From Octopus sinensis (Eukaryota), in the NCBI RefSeq assembly GCF_006345805.1, contig NW_021824844.1:2098-66097 (forward strand): a stretch of DNA of 64,000 nucleotides, in the 5' to 3' direction. Below the pieces are notes generated by a model that saw nothing but the letters and a program-made list of their open reading frames with translations, did not search any database and was not told where the DNA came from. Made by a program: the position numbers and the translations under genes. Shown piece after piece: positions 12,081-24,239 of this stretch. Position 1 is the first letter of the stretch. Each line of letters starts with the position of its first letter.

Positions 12081-13278
12081 TGAGGTTTTTGAGATTTAAA
12101 AAAAAATCTTGCAAAAATCAATTGATTAATTATCTAATTCATTAACCCCATGTGTTAATTACCAGCACTGCACATGAAGACAGGGTGGCCATAACGGAAG
12201 TGTGTTTGATCATAGGTCTGCTGGATCAGGACTGACCTGGGGCTAAACAGCAGCTACAATTAAGAAGAGCACATTAGATATTATAGTCCTAGGTAAACTA
12301 TGCCCGAAAAAAAAAAAACGACAGGTTGATCATGGCTGGAATGCCTTTGACCATGGGTCAGTTAGATTAAGGTTGACAAGGGTAGGAGCTAACCAACAGC
12401 AACAACAGTGAAGGCGCAATGGCCCAGTGGTTAGGGCAGTGGACTCGCGGTCAGAAGATCGCGGTTTCGATTCCCAGACCGGGCGTTGTGTGTGTTTATT
12501 GAGCGAAAACACCTAAAGCTCCATGAGGCTCCAGCAGGGGGTGATGGCGACCCCTGTTGTACTCTTTCGCCCCAACTTTTTCTCACTCTTTCTTCCTGTT
12601 TCTTGTCCCCAACTTCCTACGCAACCGCTGAGCCTGGATGCGCATTCATCCATCCGTCGATGCTCTCGGTGTCGGGGGCTGACCTGCTGTCTCTTCTGCG
12701 GGTCTTACGAATAGCAAAGGACCACGTTTCGGACTTCTCCCACTACGGACGAAGACTGCTACGCTCAACAGCAACAGAATGTGGAGGCGCAATGGCCCAA
12801 TGGTTAGGGCGGCAGACTCGCAGTCGGAGGATCATGGTTTCGATTCCCAGACCGGGCGTTGTGTGTGTTTATTGAGGAAAAACACCTAAAGCTCCACGAG
12901 GCTCCGGCAGGGGGTGATGGCGACCCCTGTTGTACTCTTTCGCCCCAGCTTTCTCTCACTCTTTCTTCCTGTTTCTTGTCCCCGACTTCCTACGCAATCG
13001 CTGAGCCTGGATGCACATTCATCCATCCGTCGATGCTCTCGGTGTCGGGGGTTGACCTGCTTTCTCTTCTGCGGGTCTTATGAATAGCAAAGGACCACGT
13101 TTCGGACTTCTCCCACTGGGGACGAAGATCGCTTCACTCAACAGCAACAGCAACAACAACAACAAAAACCGGCACAGAACACAAAAAAATTTAGTTCTTG
13201 ATACATTAGGTCTGAATAAAAAACAAGATGGCCAAGGATGGAACGCCTCTCATCAACCACAAGATAGAAATACCTTAC

Positions 13279-13407
13279 CAAGGTTTCCAAACGTGGAACG
13301 TGTTTCACTACGTTTTCAACTTCCTCTTCTGTCACGGTTATTAACACGCAGTTCTCCTCTTCACTTGGCAATGGTTCAGTACCATCTTTAGTTACCCACG
13401 GATGGAT
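13279..13407 (-). CDS. CAMKK: CaMKK exon 13, IHPWVTKDGTEPLPSEEENCVLITVTEEEVENVVKHVPRLETL (end of kinase domain, autoinhibitory segment)
   Basis: tttccag|ATC...TTG|gtaagg; 129 nt, phase 0/0. Confidence 0.97.
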
Positions 13408-13499
13408 CTGGAAATGGATCAGATATTGTATGGATAGAGAAATGGATAGAAAATTCACAAAAATGTCACTTCTATTGATTTTTTAATGGCTTTACGGGG

Positions 13500-13953
13500 T
13501 GACTGGAGAAATGTAAAGATGTGCACGACCACCCTTGGATGGTTTTGAATGACCATAGAAAGTGCAAGCCCTCTAACTGAAAAATTGTGGATTTGTATAA
13601 AGGACATACACGCAGAGATTTTGCCATTTATATATATAGAGATTTGTTGGATGACTGGGGAAATGTAAAGATGTGCACAACCACCCTTGGACGGTTTTGA
13701 ATGACCATAGAAAGTGCGAGCCCTCTAACTGAAAAATTGTGGATTTGTATAAAGGACATACACGCAGAGATTTTGCCATTTATATATATAGAGATTTGTT
13801 GGATGACTGGGGAAATGTAAAGATGTGCACAACCACCCTTGGACGGTTTTGAATGACCATAGAAAGTGCAAGCCCTCTAACTGAAAAATTGCGGATTTGT
13901 ATAATGGGGACACACACAGACAGACATTTTGCCGTTTATATATAGAGAGAAGA
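13500..13953 (+). repeat. Three 152-bp tandem units, each ending in a Helitron-like 3' end
   Basis: GACTGG at 13501, 13653, 13805; units end TTTTGCC.TTTATATATA(TA)GAGA. Confidence 0.85.
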
Positions 13954-13992
13954 TAAATGAAGTTAACAGTCATAGTGTGTTTCTGAATATCA

Positions 13993-14172
<180 letters not shown>

Positions 14173-14224
14173 TCAGAGCAGAAAAGAAAGAGAAATGTTT
14201 GTTAGTAATTACATATAAATATAT

Positions 14225-15305
14225 CAATAAGTTTAAGTTTAAGTTAATTTTTTGGCTCAAAAAGCAAAAAGCAAAGCCATGTAGGGGGAAATGGAGTTAT
14301 GTACAGGGAGGGTGTTCATGCAAAGAGTTCAGGCCATTTCTGGTCAAGAGAGACTTTGAACCAAGCGGTCGTCGGCATCTTCACTATCTCGTCCGGCAGC
14401 TTATTCCACGGATCCGCAACCCGGACGGAGAAAGCCCCTCTCCTTCGATTGAGATGAAATCGTCACAGATAGGAACAGGAGTGGCTGTGTGGTAAGTAGC
14501 TTGTTTACCAACCACATGGTTCCGGGTTCAGTCCCACTGCGTGGCATCTTGGGCAAGTGTCTTCTGCTATAGCCCCGGGCCAACCAATGCCTTGTGAGTG
14601 GATTTGGTAGACGGAAACTGAAAGAAGCCTGTCGTATATATGTATATATATATATATATATGTGTGTGTGCGTGTGTCTGTGTTTGTCCCCCTAGCATTG
14701 CTTGACAACTGATGCTGGTGTGTTTACGTCCCTGTCACTTAGCGGTTCGGCAAAAGAGACCGATAGAATAAGTACTGGGCTTACAAAGAATAAGTCCGGG
14801 GTCGATTTGCTCAATTTAAGGTGGTGCTCCAGCATGGCCGCAGTCAAATGACTGAAACAAGTAAAAGAGTAAAAGAGTAAAGAGTATAGAGCTTTTCGGA
14901 GTGACCCCGCAGCCTAAGCTCTGGAGCAGGAGTGAAGAACAGCTCTTTCGAGAGGTTACACTTTCTGCTTATGATGTGAGCGAGAATGAGATCACCACGG
15001 CGGCGGCGTTTTTCTAGAGAATAAAGGTTGAGCGTCTTCAGCCTTTCTTGAGACCAAGAACCATGCAGGTAGCCAGCTTCTGGACTCTTTCGAGATGCTG
15101 TACGTCTTTGAGGAGATAAGGAGAAGAGGCTTGAATCCCGTACTCCAATATGGGTCTCACCAGCGCGACATAGAGTGGTAGGAATATGGCTGCTGTGAGC
15201 ATTCCGAATGACTGTCGAATCAAAAACAGAACTCCGCGTGCTTTGTTGGCAGCATGGACGCACTGGGCCGAAGGCGAAAAGGAAGGATCCACCAAGATAC
15301 CCAGG
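14225..15305 (-). mobile_element. 5'-truncated CR1-group LINE split by a SINE insertion (14476-14884)
   Basis: LVRPILEYGIQASSPY...LNLYSLEKRRRRGDLI...RLRGHSEKL resumes across the SINE; (TTAAC)-type tail; same family as 33878-34215. Confidence 0.85.
14476..14884 (+). mobile_element. SINE family A (tRNA-like head, internal (TA)n(TG)n, tail ...CAGTCAAATGACTGAAACAAGT(AAAAGAGT)n); representative copy
   Basis: A-box TGGCTGTGTGG and B-box GGTTCAGTCCC. Other full or partial copies at about 1875-1980(-), 15588-15991, 18291-18850, 20585-20810(-), 21886-22325, 25725-26130, 27981-28160, 31385-31862, 38232-38710, 39165-39352, 42660-42805(-), 43096-43502, 44176-44580, 46680-47208, 47380-48042(-), 49590-50208, 58725-59290(-), 63720-64000(-). 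Confidence 0.9.
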
Positions 15306-16052
15306 TCATAATAAAGTGATTGTTTCTTATCAGGAACAAAATGTTTAATAGGACTGCAGAAATAGCAGCTATAGTATTGTCGTTCTTGTCAAAAATGAAG
15401 GTCAGAAATGCTTGTGGCCAGCGAATTGTCGTGTATTATGGCACTGGTTTCAAACAATCTGCTCTCTGGCAGACAAACAGAGTGTATTGACAAGAATTTC
15501 TGTAGCTGGAGGTGAACAAGACAGATGTAGTAGTACACACCCTATCCACAACCACCACCACCCTACCACTTTCAGGCATCAATGTCCCGTGGCTGTGTGG
15601 TAAGTAGCTTGCTAACCAACCACATGGTTCCGGGTTCAGTCCCACTGCGTGGAATCTTGGGCAAGTGTCTTCTGCTATAGCCCCGGGCCGACCAATGCCT
15701 TGTCAGTGGATTTGGTAGACGGAAACTGAAAGAAGCCTGTCGTATATATGTATATATATATATATATATATGCGTGTGTGTGTTTGTGTGTCTGTGTTTG
15801 TCCCCCTAGCATTGCTTGACAACCGATGCTGGTGTGTTTACGTTCCCGTCACTTAGCGGTTCGGCAAAAGAGACCGATAGAATAAGTACTGGGCTTACAA
15901 AGAATAAGTCCCAGGGTCGATTTGCTCGACTAAAGGCGGTGCTCCAGAATGGCCGCAGTCAAATGACTGAAACAAGTAAAAGAGTAAAGAGTATATGCTT
16001 ACATGCATTCACACACACACACATCAAAGGGCAATAACTCTGTGTGACTTAC

Positions 16053-16126
16053 TCATCTGGGAAAATTACTGGATCTCTGAGAATCTTCTTATGGAGGAGG
16101 AGAATATATTCATCATGGAATGGACA
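16053..16126 (-). CDS. CAMKK: CaMKK exon 11, CPFHDEYILLLHKKILRDPVIFPD(E)
   Basis: ctctctacag|TGT...GA|gtaagt; 74 nt, phase 0/2. Confidence 0.96.
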
Positions 16127-17533
16127 CTGTAGAGAGAGAGAGAGTGAGTGAGAGTGAGAGACTGAGTGTGAATGAAAGACTGAGTGCAAGTGAGAGATTG
16201 GGTATGTGTTTGAGTGTGAGACTAGTATGAGTGTGGGATTGAGAGTGTGAGAGATTGAGTATGGGTGAGACATTGATTGAGTGTTAGAAATTGAGTGAGA
16301 GTGGGAGATTGAGTGAGAGTGAAAAAATGAGTGAGTAAAAATTAGTGATAGTATGAGTAAGAGTGCAAAATTGAATGAGAGTGACAGATTTAGGAAGAGT
16401 GAGACATTGAGTATGTGCTTGAGTGTGAGACTGGTATGAGTGTGAGATTGAGTGAGGGTGAGAGAGTGAGTGAGAGTTAAGATGCTAAGTTGAGGTGAGA
16501 GATTGAGTGTGAGTGAGAGATTGAGTGAGAGATTGTGAGTGAGAGTTAGAGATTGAGCTGGAGTGAGAGTGAGAAAATGAGTGAGTGAGAATGAGTGATA
16601 GCATGAGCAAGATGCGAAATTGAGTGAGAGTGAAAGATTGAGGAAGAGTGAGAGATTAAGAAAGTACATTCTGTAAAGTGGTGGGTGTATTAATGGAGAC
16701 ACCTTTGAGAAGAAGAGATTCTTATCTTGCTGAAAATAATGCAAACCCACATGTGTGAGTGCTGAGATGAAATGATTGGTGAATGAATAGAGACAATGCA
16801 AGGTGGAGAACTGTTTAGTCTTGCTGAAGGTACAGTAACCTCACTAATGTTGGTGCCCAGTACATGCTTTGAATTGGTTAGTGAAGACAGAAACAGCTTA
16901 GAGTGGAGAGGATTCTATAGATTTGACAGCTTAACGGTCAATTTTGGGAAGTACACCTGTATGATTTTCACTAAGAAAAAAAAGGAAAAACTTGGATTTT
17001 TTTGCATGGAATCAAGTACCCTGACCTTCTAATGTGCTGCAACCTTTTATTTTTGTTTCAAAAAAGGGATGGGTGGGAAACTGGCCACCCCAATCCCTGA
17101 ATCATTGGAATTTTTTTTTTTTCGCTGAATAAATTACAGTGGTCTTCTAATATACCATGAACCATTTTTTGGTTCAGAAAAATGGGTGGGGTGAGGTGGA
17201 ACCCACGGAAATTTCACCCCCACGAAAATCGTGTGGGTGTACTTCCTAAAATTTACCGTCCGACCCATGCTAGCATGGAAAACGGATGCTAAATGATGAT
17301 GATAATGATGTGAGTGAAATGAGGTTCCTGACTCTTCTAAAGGGGCAGAGATGCCAAACAAGAATTGACCCAGTAAGGGGCAACTGGTCCAACCTGTACC
17401 AATATGGAACAGGGGTAGTGAGTGGGTCAGGAGGAGGAGAAGTGAAAGGAGGAGGAGGAGGAGGAGGAGAAGAGAATGACAATGATAACGATAATGATGA
17501 TGATTATGATTGATAAAAATAAACGATACTCAC

Positions 17534-17587
17534 TTGACCATAAACAAAACAATGAAGTGTCACACCCATAGCCCAAATATCCAGGGC
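17534..17587 (-). CDS. CAMKK: CaMKK exon 10, ALDIWAMGVTLHCFVYGQ
   Basis: tttccag|GCC...CAA|gtgagt; 54 nt, phase 0/0. Confidence 0.96.
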
Positions 17588-17705
17588 CTGGAAAAAATAA
17601 AAAATAAAATACAGAGTGAAATTACAATACTTAAAAATGTAGTAGTAGTAGTAGTGGTGGTGGTGGTGGTGGTGGTAGTAGTGGTGATGGTGTTAGTAGT
17701 AGTAT

Positions 17706-18110
17706 AAGGTGGCAAGCTGGCAGAATCGTTAGCACGCCAGGCGAAATGCATAGCCGTATTTCGTCTGCCGCTATGTTCTGAGTTCAAATTCCGCCGAGGT
17801 CGACTTTGCCTTTCATCCCTTGAGGGTCGATAAATTAAGTACCTGTTATGCACTTGGTCAATGTAATCAACTTAATCCGTTTGTCTGTCCTTGTTTGTCC
17901 TCTCTGTGTTTAGCCCCTTGTGGGTAGTAAAGAAATAGGTATTTCGTCTGTCTTTATGTTCTGAGTTCAAATTCCACCAAGGTTGGCTTAGCCTTTCATC
18001 CTTTTGGGGTTGATAAATTAAGTACCAGTTACGCACTGGGGTCGATGTAATTCAACTTAATCACTTTGCCTGTCCGTGTTTAGCCCCTTGTGGGCAGTGA
18101 AGAAACAAGT
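17706..18110 (+). mobile_element. SINE family B dimer (tRNA-like head GGCGAGCTGGCAGAA...GAGTTCAAATTCC)
   Basis: Full head, then a second unit joined at GAAATAGGTATTTCG. Other copies at about 940-1140(-), 20001-20195, 22790-22945(-), 47632-47860, 59788-60030, 61308-61540. Confidence 0.88.
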
Positions 18111-19017
18111 AATAAGATAAGTGCTTATCTTATTGAACCCAAAATGATGAAAGGCAAAGCTGACCACAGTGGAATCTGAACTTAATACGAAAATGTATGA
18201 AATACCAGAAAGCATTTTGCCCGGCATGTTAACGATCTTGCCAGTTTACCACGTTAGATATAAATTTAATAATATACTTTTCATATACAGACGCAGGAGT
18301 GGCTGTGTGGTAAGTAGCTTGCTTACCAACCACATGGTTCCGGGTTCAGTCCCACTGTGTGGCACCTTGGGTAAGTGTCTTCTACTATAGCCTTGGGCCG
18401 ACCAAAGCCTTGTGAGTGGATTTGGTAGATGGAAACTGAAAGAAGCCCGTCGTATATATGTATATATATATGTGTATGTGTGTGTATGTTTGTGTGTCTG
18501 TGTTTGTCCCCCCAACGCCGCTTGACAACCAAAAGAAGCCCATCGTATATATGTATATATATATGTGTGTGTGTATATATATATATATATGTATGTATGT
18601 ATATATATATATGTATATATATATATGTGCGTGTATGTTTGTGTGTCTGTGTTTGTCCCCCTAGCATTGCTTGACAACCGATGCTGGTGTGTTTATGTCC
18701 CCGTCACTTAGCGATTCGGCAAAACAGACCGATAGAATAAGTACTGGGCTTACAAAAGAATAAGTCCCAGGGTCGATTTGCTCGACTAAAGGCGGTGCTC
18801 CAGCATGGCCGCAGTCAAACGACTGCAACAAGTAAAAGAGTAAAAGAGTAAGAGACATCAAGAGATCATAAAAATCTTTGCAAAATTCTATGTTTTACTC
18901 TATAAAGAAGCAAAAATGATAATTTTGTTTTAACTTGGAATTTGAACTAGGAACCTTAGCTTTTGAAGTGTGTGATCTCATCACTGCACCTTCATAAGAA
19001 AAAAACATACATCATAC

Positions 19018-19043
19018 CTTGCCACTGTATTCTTCTCTTTCCT
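19018..19043 (-). CDS. CAMKK: CaMKK exon 9, 26-nt microexon EEREEYSGK
   Basis: tttgatttcag|AG GAA AGA GAA GAA TAC AGT GGC AAG|gtatga; phase 1/0; ends in SGK as expected before ALDxW. Confidence 0.92.
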
Positions 19044-20065
19044 CTGAAATCAAAAAAAGGGAAAAACATTAAGATCTTCATAGTTTTGTCGAGTGTTTGT
19101 AAAGGTTAAAGGGAAGTGGCTAAATAGATAGATGGGTATGTGGGGAGATATACATAGATATACGTAAGTAAAGGAGGCACAATGGCCCAGTGGTTAGAGC
19201 AGCGGACTCCCAGACCGGACATTCATCATCATCATCATCATCATCATTTAACGTCCATTTTCTGTGCAAGCATGGGTTGGACGGTTCGACCGGGGTCTGC
19301 ACCAGGCTCCAGTCTGATCTGGTAGTGTTTCTACAGCTGGATGCCCTTCCTAACGCCAACCACTCCATGAGTGTAGTGGGTGCTTTTTACCTTATTACCT
19401 CCTCCTCCTCCTCCTCATCATCATCATCGTTTAACGTCCGTTTTCCATGCTAGCACGGGTTGGACGGTTCGACCGGGGTCTGGGAAGCCAGAAGGCTGCA
19501 CCAGGCTCCAGTCTGATCTGGCAGTGTTTCTACAGCTGGATGCCCTTCCTAACGCCAACCACTCTGCGAGTGTAGTGGGTGCTTTTTACGTGCCACCTGC
19601 ACAGGTGTCAGGGGAGTCTGGCATCAGCCACGATCGGTTGGTGCTTTTAACGTGCCAACGGCACGGGAGCCAGCAGAGGCGGTGCTGGCAACGGCCACGT
19701 TCGGATGGTGCTTTTTATGTGCCACCGGCACAGAAGCCAGTCGAGGCGGCGCTGGCATCGGCCAAAATTATTGCTCAGTGCGTTACCACCTGCGCAGTGT
19801 TTATTGAGCGAAAACACCTAAAAGTTCCACGAGGCTCTGGCAGGGGATGGTGGTGATCCTTGCTGTACTCTTTCGCCACAACTTTCTCTCTCTCTTTCTT
19901 CTGTTGGCCTGCTCGCTTAGCCAGTGGGGTGGTGGCGATCCCTGCTGTACTCTTTCGCCACTCTTTCTCCCACTCTTTCTTCTGTTGGCCTGCTCGCTTA
20001 GTAAAGAAATAGGTATTTCGCTCGTCGCTACGTTTTGAGTTCAAAATCCAACAAGGTCAACTTTA

Positions 20066-20443
<378 letters not shown>

Positions 20444-20507
20444 TCATTTGTGTGTGTGTGTGTGTGGTGTGTGTGTGTGTGTGTGTGTGTGTCTGTGTGT
20501 GTGTGTT

Positions 20508-20556
<49 letters not shown>

Positions 20557-20809
20557 TGTTGTGTGTGTGTGTGTATGAATGCATATATTTCTCTCTTACT
20601 CTTTTTCTCTTTTACTTGTTTCAGTCATTTGACTGCGGCCATGCTGGAGCGCCGCTTTTAGTCGAGCAAATCGACCCCGGGACTTATTCTTTGTAAGCCT
20701 AGTACTTATTTTATCGGTCTCTTTTAGCCGAACCACTAAGTTACGGGGACGTAAACACACCAGCATCGGTTGTCAAGCGATGTTGGGGGGGACAAACACA
20801 GACACACAA

Positions 20810-20848
<39 letters not shown>

Positions 20849-20924
20849 ATATATTATATATATACATGTTGAATCGTTAGCTCCTGCATACATTTTTTTT
20901 TCTCTCCGTGTTTCTTTTCTGTGT

Positions 20925-20964
20925 GTCTTTCTGTTGAAGAGCGTCGGCTCGAAACATAAATGAC
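20925..20964 (+). ncRNA. Degenerate type I hammerhead-like motif in a Penelope-like terminal repeat fragment (about 20868-21060)
   Basis: GTCTTT-CTGTTGA-A-GAGC gtcg GCTC-GAAA-CAT-A-AATGAC; A6 replaced by U, stem III broken. Confidence 0.55.
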
Positions 20965-21059
20965 TTGTTTTATTTCTATTCCTGAGCGCCATACTAATAC
21001 AATTGTTTGTTTGTACTCCACCTGCCTTCGTCTTTTGTTTTTTTTCGTAAAGCTTCCCG

Positions 21060-21093
<34 letters not shown>

Positions 21094-21097
21094 CGCG

Positions 21098-21512
21098 ATG
21101 GCATATTTACATCACGATGTGTTTCTGCTACTGTATATAACTCACTTGATATTTATCATTGTTTGATTTTACTTTTTCAATATCAGTGTCACTGAACACT
21201 GGAAAAAGTATATGTATTTGTAAAGAGAACCTCCTTCCTATCGACAACCGTGATTGTCACACGCTGATGATAGGTCAATACCTTGAAACTCGGGTCCGTG
21301 TGTGTCATAAGTTGAAGATGGGAGGGATGGCTTCCCTTTGCAAATACTGATAGGGCACAGAAAGTGTGTCTATAGCCAGCTGGAGGAGATGTCTTCTTGG
21401 GGCTAAAAACTACAGTAGCATCCACCCTTCGGGGTTAGCCATATCCAAATGGCATATTTACATCACGATGTGTTTCTGCTACTGTTGATAACTCACTCTG
21501 ATATTTATCATT
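21098..21512 (+). mobile_element. Retrozyme-like / Penelope-like unit of 351 nt with terminal direct repeats
   Basis: About 63-nt direct repeats at 21098-21160 and 21449-21512 (ATGGCATATTTACATCACGATGTGTTTCTGCTACTG...) flanking a canonical hammerhead. Confidence 0.75.
21258..21302 (+). ncRNA. Type I hammerhead ribozyme motif with canonical core
   Basis: CACACG-CTGATGA-T-AGGT caat ACCT-T-GAAA-CTCGG-GTC-CGTGTG: 6-bp stem I, CUGAUGA/GAAA core, GUC cleavage triplet at 21294-21296. Confidence 0.82.
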
Positions 21513-21519
21513 ATATATA

Positions 21520-21591
<72 letters not shown>

Positions 21592-21694
21592 AGGTTTATC
21601 CAAACATGAAAACACAAAGAGAAAACACAACAACGCGAGGACATGGAACAAATATAGTATTATTGGATGCTCAGGAAAGGAGGGAAGAAGGAGG

Positions 21695-21729
21695 GCTTAA
21701 CGTTTCGAGCGGAGCTCTTCGTCGGAAAC
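21695..21729 (-). ncRNA. Type I hammerhead-like motif (CCGACGA core) in a Penelope-like fragment at 21588-21730
   Basis: GTTT-CCGACGA-A-GAGC tcc GCTC-GAAA-CGT-T-AAGC; palindromic ACGT stem III. Confidence 0.6.
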
Positions 21730-21833
21730 ACACATATATATATATATATATGCTGGTTCCTGTCAAGCTGTCCAACCCATGCCAGATTGGAAACTGGACA
21801 TTAAATGTTGATGTTAATGATGATGATATATAC

Positions 21834-21886
<53 letters not shown>

Positions 21887-22050
21887 TGCAGGAGTGGCAG
21901 TGTGGTAAGTAGCTTGCTTACCAACTAGATGGTTCCAGGTTCAGTCCCACTGTGTGGCACCTTGGGCAAGTGTATTCTGCTATAGCCTCGGGCTGACCAA
22001 AGCCTTGTGAGTGGATTTGGTAGACGGAAACTGAAAGAAGCTCGTCGTAG

Positions 22051-22097
<47 letters not shown>

Positions 22098-22451
22098 TAT
22101 GTGTGTGTGTATGTATTTGTGTGTCTGAGTTTGTCCCCCCAACATCACTTGACAACTGATGCTGGTGTGTTTACGTCCCCGTAACTTAGCGCTTTGGCAA
22201 AAAGAGACCGATATAATAAGTACTAGGCTTACAAAGAATAAGTCCCGGGGTCGAGTTGCTCGATTAAAGGCGGTGCTCCAGCATGGCCGCAGTCAAATGA
22301 CTGAAACAAGTAAAAGAGTAAAGAGTATATACATATATATATATAATTTCAGCAAAACAATTTAGATTCAAATGAATATGGTACTTAACTTAGATGCACC
22401 AGAATTTTTTTATGGTATTACCCATAAAATTATGTGGGGTGATTATAACCA

Positions 22452-22529
22452 AAAAATAAGCAACAAGAATGGATCGGTAGTTTAGTACAATTGTACTAAA
22501 CTACCGATCCATTCTTGTTGCTTATTTTT
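22452..22529. repeat. Perfect 78-bp palindrome with no spacer
   Basis: AAAAATAAGCAACAAGAATGGATCGGTAGTTTAGTACAA|TTGTACTAAACTACCGATCCATTCTTGTTGCTTATTTTT. Confidence 0.92.
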
Positions 22530-22533
22530 CGGC

Positions 22534-22754
<221 letters not shown>

Positions 22755-22944
22755 TCATTTCTACTAAAGGCACAAGGTCTGAAATTTAGGGGGAGGAGAC
22801 TAGTCGATAACGTCAACCCCGGTGTTTCACTGGTACTTAATTTATTGACCCCAAGAGGATGAAAGACAAAGCTGACCTCGGTGGAATTTGAAGTCAGAAT
22901 GTGAAGATGGATGAAATACAGCTAAGTATATTGCTAGCTGTCTA

Positions 22945-22995
<51 letters not shown>

Positions 22996-23003
22996 GCTGC
23001 TGC

Positions 23004-23548
23004 TGCCCTGATGCAGTACCAGGCAGTGGCTCTCATGGCTTCTGATCTTAACTGATTGGAAGTGTTATCATGTACATTGTTTTGTCTTGGTATAAAAGAT
23101 GGGCAACAGCAAATATTCTGCTCATACCACAGATTTGCTTGTCAGTTGTTTGACCTTAACCAGTTGAGCATGTCCCTTGGTGGCTGACGATATGTGCATC
23201 TCTGATCACGAGCAGAAGTAGTGGGGAAGCATCATAGCCATGTGTTGAGAGGGGTTCTTTGGGGTTTAGATAATTCATCTCTGGAAACATGGGACTTTAT
23301 TCAGCGATTTTTTGAATGGGATGAGCTACTCGACCTGAAGAAAATTCTAACTGGGCCCCACCTGCAAGGTCATGCGCTGTTCATCTTGATATGAGATCAC
23401 CATGTCGTGCACATATGGTTGTGATGCATGTGCCTTCTGTACCCTTATCAGATGGGTAGTCATGATGGGTAGGTACACTGGGCTTCATATATTTGTATCC
23501 CAGCGCCACTTTGATGGTATGTACTGCTTTCTCAGTCAATAATAATAA
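23004..23548 (+). mobile_element. Unclassified retroposon-like repeat of about 540 bp with an (AAT)n tail
   Basis: Reverse-complement copies at about 37130-37753 and 37765-38035. Confidence 0.75.
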
Positions 23549-23554
23549 TGATGA

Positions 23555-24205
23555 TGATGAGGATGATAATGATGTTGATGATGATGATGATGATGAGGAT
23601 GATGATGATGATGATGATGGTGGTAGTGGTGGTGGTGGTGGCAATGTTCATGATGACGATGGCAATGGTGGTGATGATGATAGTGTGAATGTAGATAGTT
23701 GTGGTGGTGGTGGTGGTGGTGGTTGGTGATGGTGGTTGGTGGTGATGGTGGTGGTTGGTGGTGTTGGTAGTGTTTGGTGGTGGTGTTGGTAGTGTTTGGT
23801 GGTGGTGTTGGTAGTGTTTGGTGGTGGTGTTGGTAGTGTTTGGTGGTGGTGTTGGTAGTGTTTGGTGGTGGTGTTGGTAGTGTTTGGTGGTGGTGTTGGT
23901 GGTTGTGGTGGTTGGTGGTTGGTGATGGTGGTTGGTGGTGGCGGTGGTGGTTGGTGGTGGTGTTGGTGGTTGTGGTGGTTGGTGGTTGTGGTAGGTTGTG
24001 GTGGTGGTGGTTAGTGGTTGGTGGTGGTTGGTGGTGGTGGCAATGTTCATGATGACAATGGTTGTTGATGATGATGGTGTGAATGCCGATAGTTGTAATG
24101 GTGGCAGTGATACTGATGATGATAATGGTGGTGAAGAAGGTGGTGGTGGTGGTGGTGGTGGTTGGTGGTGGTTGTTGGTGGTGGTGGTGGTGGTGGTGGA
24201 GGTGG
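23555..24205. repeat. (GAT)n/(GGT)n tract immediately downstream of exon 6
   Basis: Visible. Confidence 0.92.
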
Positions 24206-24239
24206 CTGAAACTGATGTAGGAGCACAAGAGACACTTAC

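Noticed and set aside
11054-12145. ORFs of 330-363 aa (poly-His, poly-Met/Val, poly-Ile/Thr)
   Set aside because: They are three readings of one (ATG/GTG)n microsatellite inside a CaMKK intron. The same applies to the HT/CV/YI/SIYL-type ORFs elsewhere.
21189-21425. ORF containing TYHQRV as a possible CaMKK YLHYQK exon
   Set aside because: The true catalytic-loop exon is 22578-22651. This ORF is the antisense of the hammerhead-bearing unit and has no kinase motifs.
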